Positions 19,394 to 28,632 of a stretch of DNA of 64,000 nt are shown here, one piece after another. The DNA is from Gemmatimonadaceae bacterium (lineage in GTDB: Bacteria; Gemmatimonadota; Gemmatimonadetes; Gemmatimonadales; Gemmatimonadaceae): positions 1,344,001 through 1,408,000 of the forward strand of contig JBJMOW010000005.1 in assembly GCA_045803545.1 (NCBI GenBank). Direction: 5' to 3'. Position 1 is the stretch's first letter, and each line of letters begins with the position of its first letter. The notes under the pieces are model-generated. The model saw only the letters and a list, made by a program, of their open reading frames with translations, was not told where the DNA came from and made no database searches. Made by a program: the position numbers and the translations under genes.

Positions 19394-20206
19394 ATGGTGC
19401 GCGTCAGCAGGGCTTTCTCCATGGCGGCCGTTGTCGCAGTTACAGTGGTTTCTGCCGCGACGGTAGCCGCTCAGACGAGAGCGAACCGTTCTGATTCCAT
19501 TCGCGCGGTGGCGTTCGACCGACTGGATCGTGAAGCTCGCACCATGCTCTCCACGATCGATTGCGCGCGCAAGACAGCGCGCGCGCGAGCGGCGGGTTTG
19601 TTCGGTCCCAACGATTCGGGACGACGCGGACAATGTCTGCGGATCTCGGATCGTCCGTACGGAGTTTTCTTCACGCCAGACAGCACTTTTACCACTGCAA
19701 ATCACATGAGTGTTGTCGACCTTACCAGCCAAAGCACTTATTCGGGCGTGATCGATACAGCTTCAGTTCTCGGTGAAGCCAAAGCGGCACACGAGGCGTT
19801 GCTAAAAGGCTTTCCTTCTTTCCGGGGCGCCAAACGCCAATTCGCCCCGCTGTCGTTCCGCTTCGATGGTGACAGCATCGAGGTCTGGCTCGTACCGATC
19901 GGATCGGTGACGGCTCCCCGGTCAACAACGGTCGGCGGTGAGCGCGGATACGTCTACTCTCCCGACGGCCGCACCATGGCGCGTGAGGTTGACGCGTTCG
20001 ACCGCTTCCGCAGTATCTCCGTCCCGGATACGGGGGTCGCCATGATCTTCAGCAGAGAGGATGACCTTCCGCTGTTGTCCGAGCTGCTCGTAGCGAATCT
20101 GCTCCACGGTGATGGACGCGAGGTGCAGATCGTGACCAATACATACGCATCGCAGTTGACGGGGCGCGAGCCAAATTCAGTTTGGTTGCAGTTGCGGAAG
20201 CGCTAG
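19394..20206 (+). CDS. hypothetical secreted protein
   Basis: Signal peptide ending VAA-Q; 270-aa ORF with typical codon usage. Confidence 0.7.
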   Translation: MVRVSRAFSMAAVVAVTVVSAATVAAQTRANRSDSIRAVAFDRLDREARTMLSTIDCARKTARARAAGLFGPNDSGRRGQCLRISDRPYGVFFTPDSTFTTANHMSVVDLTSQSTYSGVIDTASVLGEAKAAHEALLKGFPSFRGAKRQFAPLSFRFDGDSIEVWLVPIGSVTAPRSTTVGGERGYVYSPDGRTMAREVDAFDRFRSISVPDTGVAMIFSREDDLPLLSELLVANLLHGDGREVQIVTNTYASQLTGREPNSVWLQLRKR

Positions 20207-20336
20207 GAAGTCGCCGAGCGGCAGCTTCATTCGAACGAGCTGGATCAAAAGAGTAAGACTCGCCCCTCAGGTTGGCGCGGTTTTCAACGCTTTCTGGATC
20301 CGCGTTGTCTCAGTTAATATCCGATCCGGAATTCCA

Positions 20337-20888
20337 ATGAGACCCAACCTCCTTTGCGCTACCGTCGCAGTCGTGACCATCTCGGCTTCCACTCTGCCAG
20401 CTCAAGCTCGCGCGACCGCTGATGCAAACAGCAGCGCTATCGCCGCTTCGTTCAGCAAATTCAAAAGCCTGAGCAAGGAAAAGCGCGGCATCAAGAAAGA
20501 GAAATATCTGAAGGTGGAGAGCAAGCCCGCGGTTCTTGCGAATCCCGCCGACTATTCAGGCGCGTACGAAGTCCCCGACCTGCACATGCGTCTCGAGCTC
20601 AACGTGAAGAGCGACGGAAGTTTCACCGGCACCGGATACGAGCAGATCAGTGACGGCGTGATGCGCGAGTTCTCTCTTCGCGACGGCAGGATCGATCGTG
20701 CGTTCGCCACTGCGACCAAGGTCTACGCCAATGCGACGGAGACCTTTCAGGGTGCATTCATGAATCGGTCGACGTACGAGAGCCCGACCGACAAAGGTGT
20801 AACCGTCTTCGGTCTTGGCACCATCGGACGCGCGATTTACGTCGACGGAAATACCTTCGACAGATTCTTTTTCCAGAAGTTGCCCTAG
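20337..20888 (+). CDS. hypothetical secreted protein
   Basis: Signal peptide ending LPA-Q; shares the CTAG stop tetramer with the convergent DinB gene. Confidence 0.7.
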   Translation: MRPNLLCATVAVVTISASTLPAQARATADANSSAIAASFSKFKSLSKEKRGIKKEKYLKVESKPAVLANPADYSGAYEVPDLHMRLELNVKSDGSFTGTGYEQISDGVMREFSLRDGRIDRAFATATKVYANATETFQGAFMNRSTYESPTDKGVTVFGLGTIGRAIYVDGNTFDRFFFQKLP

Positions 20889-21442
20889 CGCGGCGCTCCG
20901 TCCGCTTGCGCCATTGGCGGCCGCTCGTCGGCGCTGTCGCCGTAAGAGTACGGCACCGCAACGTCGAGCATCCGCAGATACACCCCGAGCTGCGCGCGAT
21001 GATGCGCGGCGTGCATGAAGTAGACTGAGCGAAGAATCTGCGCCCGCGGTGCACTGATCACCGTGCGCCCCTGGACCTTGAGAGACCAGGGTGCCTGTGC
21101 GCGCTCCCACGTCAGATTCTTGAGCTGTCTCTTGAACTCGCCGCTGACCTGATCAAACATCTTCAAACGCTCGGCGGTGTTCGCGAGAGTGGGAGAGGGC
21201 GGTCGACTGCCGCCTTCGAATTCGTCCTGCGTCAGCTGCATGATGCCGAATCCTGGAAGCTGCGCGATGTGATTGGCGAGCTCGCCGAGTGAGCGCGACT
21301 TGGAATGCGGCCTCCAATCTTCCTTGCCGTCGGGAACGCGCTCGAGCATACGACGCGTTGTCGACAGCTCGGAGTCAGCGTCGGGATAAAGCAGTTCGGC
21401 CGGTGAGGCTTTGGATTCGGTCTCGATTGTCTCGGGGGTCAT
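20885..21442 (-). CDS. DinB family protein
   Basis: WRPHSKSRSLGELANHI; HAAHHRAQLGVYLRML. Confidence 0.9.
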   Translation of the reverse strand: MTPETIETESKASPAELLYPDADSELSTTRRMLERVPDGKEDWRPHSKSRSLGELANHIAQLPGFGIMQLTQDEFEGGSRPPSPTLANTAERLKMFDQVSGEFKRQLKNLTWERAQAPWSLKVQGRTVISAPRAQILRSVYFMHAAHHRAQLGVYLRMLDVAVPYSYGDSADERPPMAQADGAPR

Positions 21443-21554
21443 TGGGACTTTCGGGTTGGCGGGTAGCTAACAGGCAACGACTTAACAATAGTAGCCCCGT
21501 TGAAGCTGACACCGATATTACAGTCTACGCAACGAGCAACATCGTTTCCTTGCG

Positions 21555-21569
21555 GGGCACATCAGTTGC
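21555..21569 (+). promoter_or_regulatory. putative sigma-54 promoter
   Basis: GGGCAC-ATCAG-TTGC, exact GG-N10-GC spacing, about 30 bp upstream of the GTG at 21602. Confidence 0.6.
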
Positions 21570-21601
21570 CTTCAAAATGGAATACCTATTCGGAGGGAAC
21601 G

Positions 21602-22183
21602 GTGAGACTCCATACTCGCTATTTCGCGGCGTTGGTATGTGCAGTCGGGTTCCTCGCACTCGATTCTGCGTACGCTCAATCGACGGCGACGATCTGCAAA
21701 GACGGAACTACTTCGACGGCGTCAGGCCGCGGTGCGTGTTCCGGCCACGGCGGCGTCAGCAAGAAGGCAACGGCCAAAACGAAGGCCGTCGTCAAGAAAG
21801 AAGTGAAAGCAGCGAAGGTCGACGCCAAGGCGACCAACGGTTCTACAGTTGCCGTCGTGACCTGTGGCGACGGCACGACTTCGACCAACACTGGCCGTGG
21901 CGCATGCTCGCATCATGGCGGCGTCAGAGCAGCGACGACGAACTCGGCGACGACCGGTGCGGTTGTTCCTGCACCCGGAACAGCGGTAGCACCGCGCTCG
22001 CAGCGAGTGACGCGCGCCCCGGCGGCGACACGCGCGTCGGCGACGACGAGAGTTGGGTCCGGTGCCGCTGACGACAACGACCCGACGGGGGCGATCGCGC
22101 AGTGCAAGGACGGACTTTACTCGCATGCGAGAAACCACCGCGGAGCTTGCGGGCATCACGGCGGCGTCGCGACTTGGTTGTGA
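21602..22183 (+). CDS. secreted protein with three DUF3761-like repeats
   Basis: GGAGG RBS and GTG; signal peptide; three C-x-DG...RGAC-x-x-HGGV repeats. Confidence 0.82.
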   Translation: MRLHTRYFAALVCAVGFLALDSAYAQSTATICKDGTTSTASGRGACSGHGGVSKKATAKTKAVVKKEVKAAKVDAKATNGSTVAVVTCGDGTTSTNTGRGACSHHGGVRAATTNSATTGAVVPAPGTAVAPRSQRVTRAPAATRASATTRVGSGAADDNDPTGAIAQCKDGLYSHARNHRGACGHHGGVATWL

Positions 22184-22211
22184 GGGAAGGTTGGGCACTG
22201 CTCGCCTACGA

Positions 22212-22316
22212 TTAACGCGGTAAGGGGTGAGAAGTAGCGAAGGTGCCAGGAACCAGGTTGGCTGCGAGCTTCCTGGTATCAGGTGCCTATGCTGCTCTCA
22301 CCCCTTACCGCGTTAA
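22212..22316 (+). repeat. 105-bp intergenic hairpin with 21-bp perfect terminal inverted repeat
   Basis: TTAACGCGGTAAGGGGTGAGA (22212-22232) / TCTCACCCCTTACCGCGTTAA (22296-22316); interior also pairs, with G-U pairs on the + strand. Confidence 0.9.
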
Positions 22317-22387
22317 CCATAAAGTGGCTATTCACTCCTCGCAGCTGCCGCTCGAACCTGGGAGCGGCCGTTTGTCGTAAGGCCATT

Positions 22388-23680
22388 ATGCCCAAATACG
22401 CTCTCGCTCTCTGCCTCGTCGCGGTAAGCTGTTCACCGCATAGTAGCACCTCCTCCCGCCTCCCCCCTTCCGCCTCCCGCACCATCGAGATTCGCAACGG
22501 CCAATGGTTCGACGGCACCAGGTTCGTCGATCGCACGATGTACAGCGTCGATGGATTCTTTGCGGAGAACAAACCGCCGCGCGTGGATACGGTGATCGAC
22601 CTGCAGCACGGCTATGTCGTTCCGCCGTTCGCTGAAGCGCACAATCACAACGTCGATGCAACGACTGCGGCTGCAGCTCGCGTCGTGGTCGACAAGTATT
22701 TCCGCGACGGCGTCTTCTACGTTCAGAATCCAGCCAACGTGCTTCGCGCGCGCTCGGGCCTCGTCGGTTTCATCAACGTTCCGACCGGCATCGACGCCAC
22801 TTTTGCCAACGCCGCTCTCACCGGTCCCGGTGGTCATCCGATGGGCTTGTTCCTTCGCAACCTCGGCCGCGGTGCGATGGTCGCGACGGACAGCAATTCG
22901 ACGAGCGGGTTTTTGTGGACGATTGCCGATCGCGGCGATCTGGATCGTAAATGGCCGCAGATCCTCGCCAGCCATCCGGACTTCATCAAGACCATGCTTC
23001 TCTACTCGGAGGAATACGAGCGGAGAAAATCTGATAGTGCATTCTTCAACTGGCGCGGGCTGAACCCGGCACTGTTACCCGAGATCGTTCGTCGCGCGCA
23101 TGCGGCCGGATTGCGAGTGATGACTCACATCGAAACTGCCGCCGATTTCCGCAATGCAGTCATCGCCGGCGTCGATCAGATCGGTCACACGCCTGGATTC
23201 AGAGGAAACGCGAAAACCCAGCTTCCTGACTTCGCTCCGTTTTTGATGACTGATGCCGACGCGGAGCTCGCCGCGAAGCGAGGCGTATTTGTCATTACCA
23301 CTCTCAGTGGGCCAGATGGTTTGCCCGATACCGGCCTCCTCGCGCGCTTCATCAAGCTCGACTCGCTCAACCTGGCGATGATGAAAAAGCATCACGTGAA
23401 GGTCATCGTCGGTAGCGATTCATATCGCACCACGTCGGTACCCGAAGCGATGTGGCTCTCGAAACTCGGCGTGCTCACCAACGCGGAGCTCCTGCGCGCG
23501 TGGACCGACGAAACCGCCCACGCAATCTTCCCGCAGCGGAAGATCGGCAAGCTTGCTCGCGGATACGAAGCGAGCCTCCTGGTGCTCGCCGGTGATCCGA
23601 TCGCCGATTTCAGCAATGTGAGGCGCATCGTGCTACGCATGAAACAGGGACAGCTGATTCAGGTCGCGGCAACGCCGTGA
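22388..23680 (+). CDS. amidohydrolase family lipoprotein
   Basis: Lipobox-like AVSC; PPFAEAHNH, THIE, IGH and GSD metal ligands; GKLARGYEASLLVL. Confidence 0.88.
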   Translation: MPKYALALCLVAVSCSPHSSTSSRLPPSASRTIEIRNGQWFDGTRFVDRTMYSVDGFFAENKPPRVDTVIDLQHGYVVPPFAEAHNHNVDATTAAAARVVVDKYFRDGVFYVQNPANVLRARSGLVGFINVPTGIDATFANAALTGPGGHPMGLFLRNLGRGAMVATDSNSTSGFLWTIADRGDLDRKWPQILASHPDFIKTMLLYSEEYERRKSDSAFFNWRGLNPALLPEIVRRAHAAGLRVMTHIETAADFRNAVIAGVDQIGHTPGFRGNAKTQLPDFAPFLMTDADAELAAKRGVFVITTLSGPDGLPDTGLLARFIKLDSLNLAMMKKHHVKVIVGSDSYRTTSVPEAMWLSKLGVLTNAELLRAWTDETAHAIFPQRKIGKLARGYEASLLVLAGDPIADFSNVRRIVLRMKQGQLIQVAATP

Positions 23681-23710
23681 CCGTCACGCAGGATGGGCAG
23701 TCGTAGGTAC

Positions 23711-24502
23711 ATGAAAACCCCTACCGCCTTCCTCGGTGCGCTGTTCGTCGTAATCGCAGCGCCACTCCTGTCTCAGAGCACTCCGCTATCTCCCCAGCAA
23801 GCCTCGAACGCTCAGGCCGCTGAGGCCGGGTATGTGTCGGCAATGCGGACCGATCTCAAGATGCTGGCGACGGCGGAGGAGGCGTACTTCGTCGATCACT
23901 CCGCCTATTATTCCGGGACGGTCAGTGCCGCGAATCCGCTCTTTGGTTTTTCACCATCCCGCGGTGTGACCATCAACGTGAGCGTCCCTGCCGGTGCTCC
24001 GATATGGAATGCCATTGCGATTCATGCCAGATCGCAGACAAGGTGCAGTTACAAACTGCCTGATCCGATCGAGTGTGCTTCGCCCACTGCCACCATCAGC
24101 GCCGGCGCAGCGGCAGCTGGCGACTCAACGGCCGTGGAGAACGCAACGGTCATCAAGGTCGGTGACGAACAGCCAGTCGGCATTCGGCCAGGACAAACGC
24201 GAAAGTGGATCTTTGACATTCCGTACGAACGCACCCGCTGCCTGGCGATGGGTCAGGTCGAGGTCCTTTCCGGTGGCGACAGAAATGTGAATGTGCTGAT
24301 CATGAACGAGATCGCGTACACCGAGTGGTCACACGATCAACCGGTGCGCACGGATTACGAGAGCAACGACAGGCCGCTGATTGCGTTCGACGTCAACATC
24401 AACGACCCGGGCCGCTACATGTTCGTCGTGTCCAATCGCTCATCGAAGTCCGCGGCGAAGGTTGTCCAGCTGCAGCACGTTACCGTCACCTGCGTCGAGT
24501 AG
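23711..24502 (+). CDS. secreted protein with a type IV pilin-like head and a C-terminal beta-sandwich
   Basis: Sec-type signal; residues 41-122 align by eye with the window's pilins (YVSAMRTDL..ATAEEAY..PLFGFSPS..W.A.A.H..C..C). Confidence 0.8.
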   Translation: MKTPTAFLGALFVVIAAPLLSQSTPLSPQQASNAQAAEAGYVSAMRTDLKMLATAEEAYFVDHSAYYSGTVSAANPLFGFSPSRGVTINVSVPAGAPIWNAIAIHARSQTRCSYKLPDPIECASPTATISAGAAAAGDSTAVENATVIKVGDEQPVGIRPGQTRKWIFDIPYERTRCLAMGQVEVLSGGDRNVNVLIMNEIAYTEWSHDQPVRTDYESNDRPLIAFDVNINDPGRYMFVVSNRSSKSAAKVVQLQHVTVTCVE

Positions 24503-24634
24503 GGCCGGAGTCAGCTGCACTACCGATTCGCGAGGCAAGGTTAGCAGCGGCGAGTCAGGTCGGGATGAGCGTCGGATTAGGAATGCGTGAAGATTCCTCT
24601 TAAAACTTTTGCTTGACGGCGGGCTCAAACTGTT

Positions 24635-24667
24635 TTATCGATTATCGATATTATCGATAGGCGATAA
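24635..24667. promoter_or_regulatory. tandem palindromic operators TTATCG-N5-CGATAW, probable XRE autoregulation site
   Basis: TTATCG-ATTAT-CGATAT (24635-24651) and TTATCG-ATAGG-CGATAA (24651-24667), just before the start and downstream of TTGACG at 24613. Confidence 0.7.
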
Positions 24668-24669
24668 AC

Positions 24670-25197
24670 ATGCCGGCCAGAATTCGTCCATCCGCAGCCC
24701 TTCCGATCGCGTACATGACGTTGCGGATTCTGATCGTCCTCAACTGGATAATCGGCATCTCGATCGTGGTGTTGCTGGTCGCGATGCCAACGAGGGAGTG
24801 GATCATCAGCGCGCTCGATCTCACTCCGTCGCCGCAAGCAGACCGGCTGATCCTGGGGCTGCAGGCAATCGGCGGACTCGGTGTCGTCGCGACACCGATC
24901 AACGATATTGTACTCAAGCGACTGCTCGCGATGGTCAGGACCGTCCGCGCGGGCGATCCGTTCGTCGCCGCAAACGCATATCGGTTGCAGACAATCGCGT
25001 GGGCGCTGCTCGCGCTGCAGATACTCAGCCTCATCATCGGCGGCATCGCCAAGCACGTCTCGACACGCGAGCATCCGCTACATATCAGTGCCGGCTTCTC
25101 GATCAATGGCTGGCTCGCCGTCCTCCTGACGTTCCTGCTGGCGCGCGTCTTTGCCGAAGGCACGCTGATGCGCGAAGATCTCGAATGGACAGTTTGA
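24670..25197 (+). CDS. DUF2975 family membrane protein
   Basis: Four TM helices; GDPFVAANAYRL; LARVFAEGTLMREDLEWTV. Confidence 0.88.
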   Translation: MPARIRPSAALPIAYMTLRILIVLNWIIGISIVVLLVAMPTREWIISALDLTPSPQADRLILGLQAIGGLGVVATPINDIVLKRLLAMVRTVRAGDPFVAANAYRLQTIAWALLALQILSLIIGGIAKHVSTREHPLHISAGFSINGWLAVLLTFLLARVFAEGTLMREDLEWTV

Positions 25198-25198
25198 C

Positions 25199-25438
25199 AT
25201 GGCGATCACCGTCAAACTCGACGACCTGCTCTACGAACGGCGGATGACCCTGACCGAGCTCGCGGACCGCGTCGACATGACTCTCGCCAACCTGTCCATT
25301 CTCAAAACCGGCAAAGCCCGCGCGATCCGTTTTTCGACGCTCGAGGCGATATGTGAAGTGCTCGACTGCCAGCCAGGCGACATTCTGCGGTTTGCATCGG
25401 AAAAGTCCGCAGCAAAAAAACGCCGCGCGAGTGCTTGA
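25199..25438 (+). CDS. XRE-family HTH regulator (YozG-like)
   Basis: RMTLTELADRVDMTLANLSILKTGKARAIRFSTLEAICEVLDCQPGDIL. Confidence 0.93.
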   Translation: MAITVKLDDLLYERRMTLTELADRVDMTLANLSILKTGKARAIRFSTLEAICEVLDCQPGDILRFASEKSAAKKRRASA

Positions 25439-25475
25439 TCCTACCGCCTCCGCCTCCCTCCTCCTCCTCCCGGCC

Positions 25476-25865
25476 ATGAAACGCAACATTACTTTGACCG
25501 TCACGTCAGTACTTTCGGCCCTGCTCTTCATCAGTCATTGGGTCGATGAGATCTCCCGCGGCTTCGAGCCGGGCACCAGGCAAGGCATCGGTGGGATCGG
25601 GATCCTTGTCGTGTGGCTCTGCGGACCACTGCTACTTGGCACACGACGAGCTGGATACGTACTCATGTTCGTCGCCGGACTCTTTGGGTTTGCCGTTCTT
25701 TTCCTTCACATGGGCGGCAGAGGAATGGTGGGTGGCAGGATCGCCAATACCAGCGGGCAATTCTTCTGGGTCTGGACCCTCATCATGCTCGGGACCATGT
25801 CGGCTATTTCCGCGATCATCGCCGCGTACGAGCTATGGAGTCAGCGACGGATCGCCAGAGGATAA
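25476..25865 (+). CDS. hypothetical membrane protein (4 TM)
   Basis: ATG at 25476; four hydrophobic helices with an HWVDE motif. Confidence 0.72.
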   Translation: MKRNITLTVTSVLSALLFISHWVDEISRGFEPGTRQGIGGIGILVVWLCGPLLLGTRRAGYVLMFVAGLFGFAVLFLHMGGRGMVGGRIANTSGQFFWVWTLIMLGTMSAISAIIAAYELWSQRRIARG

Positions 25866-25901
25866 TCGTCCGGGTTCCGCGCGCTGCTATCGAACGGATC
25901 T

Positions 25902-26696
25902 CTAGCGCGAAGAGCAATCGACGGATCGCTCGCGGGCGCTATCCGGCAACATTTGCGCTGCGAACAGCCTAAGACCGGTAACAACCTCGCGATACAAGAC
26001 GAAGTCGAGATCGGCGACGGTGCCTCGAACCTCGCGCTGATTGATCAGCGACAGAAAGTCACACGTCGACAACCAGGTTGTCGCCCTGCGCTTGACGTGA
26101 GCCTCTTTGATCTCAGGCAGCCGGAAAGAGTCTTGAATCCGGGCATCGGCACCCCGCCTGCTGTGACCCGCGCGCGAAGTCGAGTCGATTTCGATTCCTT
26201 GCGAAAGCGAAAGAAAGTGTTGCGGCGAGTGCTCACCGAGGTCGAGGGTCATGGTTCGGTGCGCGATATCGAACCGGCTTTCCGAAGTAACGTCGATGTA
26301 CTCATCAGAATCGAGCCTCACGCTGATCGTGTCCGGAACGCGCGAAGCAATTCGACCAGCAAACACGTAGCTCGCGGAGATTGTGTGCACCGTCGGCCTC
26401 GAGAAAAAGACGCGGTGCAGAAAGTCGCGTTTACCGAGCGGCGCGGTATAACTCGCGGTTGTCTTGTTGAGCACGCTGTCGAAGTCGTAAGTGATCTCGC
26501 CAGCAAATACGTCGATCGGACCGGCAGGTAGCGACACGCGTTGCTGGTCATTTTCATCGGGGCTCGCGCAGACTCGCCTCCACGGAGTCAAAACCATCGC
26601 AATCAGGACAATATTGATCGCGACGACTGCGACACCATGCTGCGTTTGAGCCCATGCGCGATTTGCGAGCATTGGCTTGGGGGACGGGTTGATCAT
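25902..26696 (-). CDS. hypothetical protein with N-terminal TM segment
   Basis: 264-aa ORF filling the gap; no recognised family. Confidence 0.55.
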   Translation of the reverse strand: MINPSPKPMLANRAWAQTQHGVAVVAINIVLIAMVLTPWRRVCASPDENDQQRVSLPAGPIDVFAGEITYDFDSVLNKTTASYTAPLGKRDFLHRVFFSRPTVHTISASYVFAGRIASRVPDTISVRLDSDEYIDVTSESRFDIAHRTMTLDLGEHSPQHFLSLSQGIEIDSTSRAGHSRRGADARIQDSFRLPEIKEAHVKRRATTWLSTCDFLSLINQREVRGTVADLDFVLYREVVTGLRLFAAQMLPDSARERSVDCSSR

Positions 26697-26771
26697 CGGT
26701 ACTGCCGGAATGGGATTCCGTCAATACTCAACCAGCTTACAAGGGACCCCTGGTGCTGGTCCCCGACTCAC

Positions 26772-26810
26772 GAGAAACAAAAAACCCGGGAGACGATCCC
26801 GGGTTTCTCG
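26772..26810 (-). terminator. intrinsic terminator of pilin gene 1
   Basis: Minus strand CCCGGGA-TCGTC-TCCCGGG followed by TTTTTTG. Confidence 0.85.
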
Positions 26811-26832
26811 TTCCAATCTGTTAGTCGTTGGA

Positions 26833-27198
26833 TCAGGTGCAGGCGATCACACCGTTGATCATCGAACACGTCTTGGCGGACTGCGAGTGCGTCGCGGTCG
26901 CGCTCCATGACGGAGGCGGGCCGGCAACTGCGGTCACAACGATCGTGACGTTCGAAGAAGCGCTAAAACCCTGCAGCGGAGCCGCGGAGGTCGCGGTTCC
27001 CGAGAAGTACGCGCCCTGGTTGTCAGCGGCATACTGCTCTTCATACGTAGCAACGTTACGAAGGTCCGACTTCATCGCAGCGACGTAAGCCTTGTCCTTC
27101 GTGTTGGCGAACTTCGGAATCGCGATCGCGGCAAGAATACCGATAATCACGACTACGATCAAAAGCTCGATCAGGGTGAAGCCTTTTTTGTTTGACAC
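26833..27198 (-). CDS. type IV major pilin (PilA-like), paralog 1
   Basis: KKG|FTLIE class III signal with E5; C-terminal Cys pair; GTG start after AGGAG. Confidence 0.93.
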   Translation of the reverse strand: MSNKKGFTLIELLIVVVIIGILAAIAIPKFANTKDKAYVAAMKSDLRNVATYEEQYAADNQGAYFSGTATSAAPLQGFSASSNVTIVVTAVAGPPPSWSATATHSQSAKTCSMINGVIACT

Positions 27199-27444
27199 GC
27201 TAATTCTCCTGCAGCGGTTGGATTGCGATAACCAATAACATGGCTATTTCACTACATAGACTCCTAAGGGTTTACCCCGGTAAAACGGGTGGCGGGACCG
27301 AGTTAAGCCCCTGAATCCGGACCTGCGGCGGAGGAATGGGGCCCTTAAGTCGCGATCTGCGAACTTCGGTTGCACAACGCAACGCAGTTCCTGCGAGTGC
27401 ATTGCGTGGTACTTTTTACCGAATCACCGGAAGGAGAAGGAGCA

Positions 27445-28632
27445 ATGGATGGCAGTAGTGTCCCAGCGAATCACGTCTCACGTGCGCTCGCGTGCGTTGT
27501 CGCACTTTCCCTCAGCGGCTGCGCAGCCGCCTCTCGATCGAGCTCCCCAACCATGAGTCAAAGCGTTGACTCGGTAGCCTTCGGCACTCTCGCGAATGGA
27601 CAAGGCGCACGGCTCTTCACGCTGCGCAATGCGCACGGCATCGAGATGCAGTTTACCAACTACGGCGGGATCATCACCTCACTCAAAACTCCCGACCGCA
27701 GCGGTCATTTCTCGGACATAGTTCTCGGCTATGACAATCTCGCCGGTTACGTTGCGAGCTCACCGTACTTCGGCGCGATCGTGGGGCGCTACGCGAATCG
27801 CATCGCCCGCGGGCACTTCACGCTCGATGGCGCGACGTACACACTCGCTGTCAACAACGGCCCCAATAGTCTGCACGGTGGACTGCGCGGCTTCGACAAG
27901 GTCGTCTGGAACGCGCGGCCGTTCCGGAATCAGGAAGGAGACGGTGTTGCGCTGGACTACACCAGCCCAAACGGCGAGGAAGGCTATCCAGGCACTCTGC
28001 GCACCACCGTGACCTATACGCTGACGCCCGACGATCGATTGATCGTTGATTACCTGGCGACGACGGACAAAGACACGCCAATCAATCTGTCACAGCATTC
28101 GTATTGGAACCTGGTCGGCAACGCATCGCGTGACATTCTCGGACACGTGCTTACGATCAATGCGGACGCGATCACGCCAGTTGATACGACGCTGATCCCG
28201 ACCGGCGAGATGATGCCCGTGCAGGGGACGCCGTTCGACTTCCGGAGCCCGCACGCCATTGGCGAGCGAGTCGATCAGCGACAGAACGCTCAGATTCGCT
28301 TTGGCAACGGCTATGATCACAACTTCGTGTTGAATCGCGGCGCTGCTGCCTCTGACGCACTCGTGTTGGCAGCGCGCGTGGTCGAGCCTACCTCTGGTCG
28401 GACGATGGACATCTCCACTACCGAACCGGGCATCCAGTTTTACTCCGGCAACTTTCTCGACGGTAGCATTACCGGCAAAGGCGGTGCTGTCTATCACTTC
28501 CGATACGGTCTGGCGCTCGAGACACAGCATTATCCGGATTCACCGAACCATCCGAACTTTCCCTCCACGATTCTGCGTCCGGGACAACAGTATCGGTCAC
28601 GCACCGTCTTCAAGTTTGGAGTGACGCAATGA
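27445..28632 (+). CDS. galM: aldose 1-epimerase (mutarotase), lipoprotein signal
   Basis: GRYANRI, SLHGG, HSYWNL, GYDHNF, ETQHYPDSPN. Confidence 0.93.
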   Translation: MDGSSVPANHVSRALACVVALSLSGCAAASRSSSPTMSQSVDSVAFGTLANGQGARLFTLRNAHGIEMQFTNYGGIITSLKTPDRSGHFSDIVLGYDNLAGYVASSPYFGAIVGRYANRIARGHFTLDGATYTLAVNNGPNSLHGGLRGFDKVVWNARPFRNQEGDGVALDYTSPNGEEGYPGTLRTTVTYTLTPDDRLIVDYLATTDKDTPINLSQHSYWNLVGNASRDILGHVLTINADAITPVDTTLIPTGEMMPVQGTPFDFRSPHAIGERVDQRQNAQIRFGNGYDHNFVLNRGAAASDALVLAARVVEPTSGRTMDISTTEPGIQFYSGNFLDGSITGKGGAVYHFRYGLALETQHYPDSPNHPNFPSTILRPGQQYRSRTVFKFGVTQ

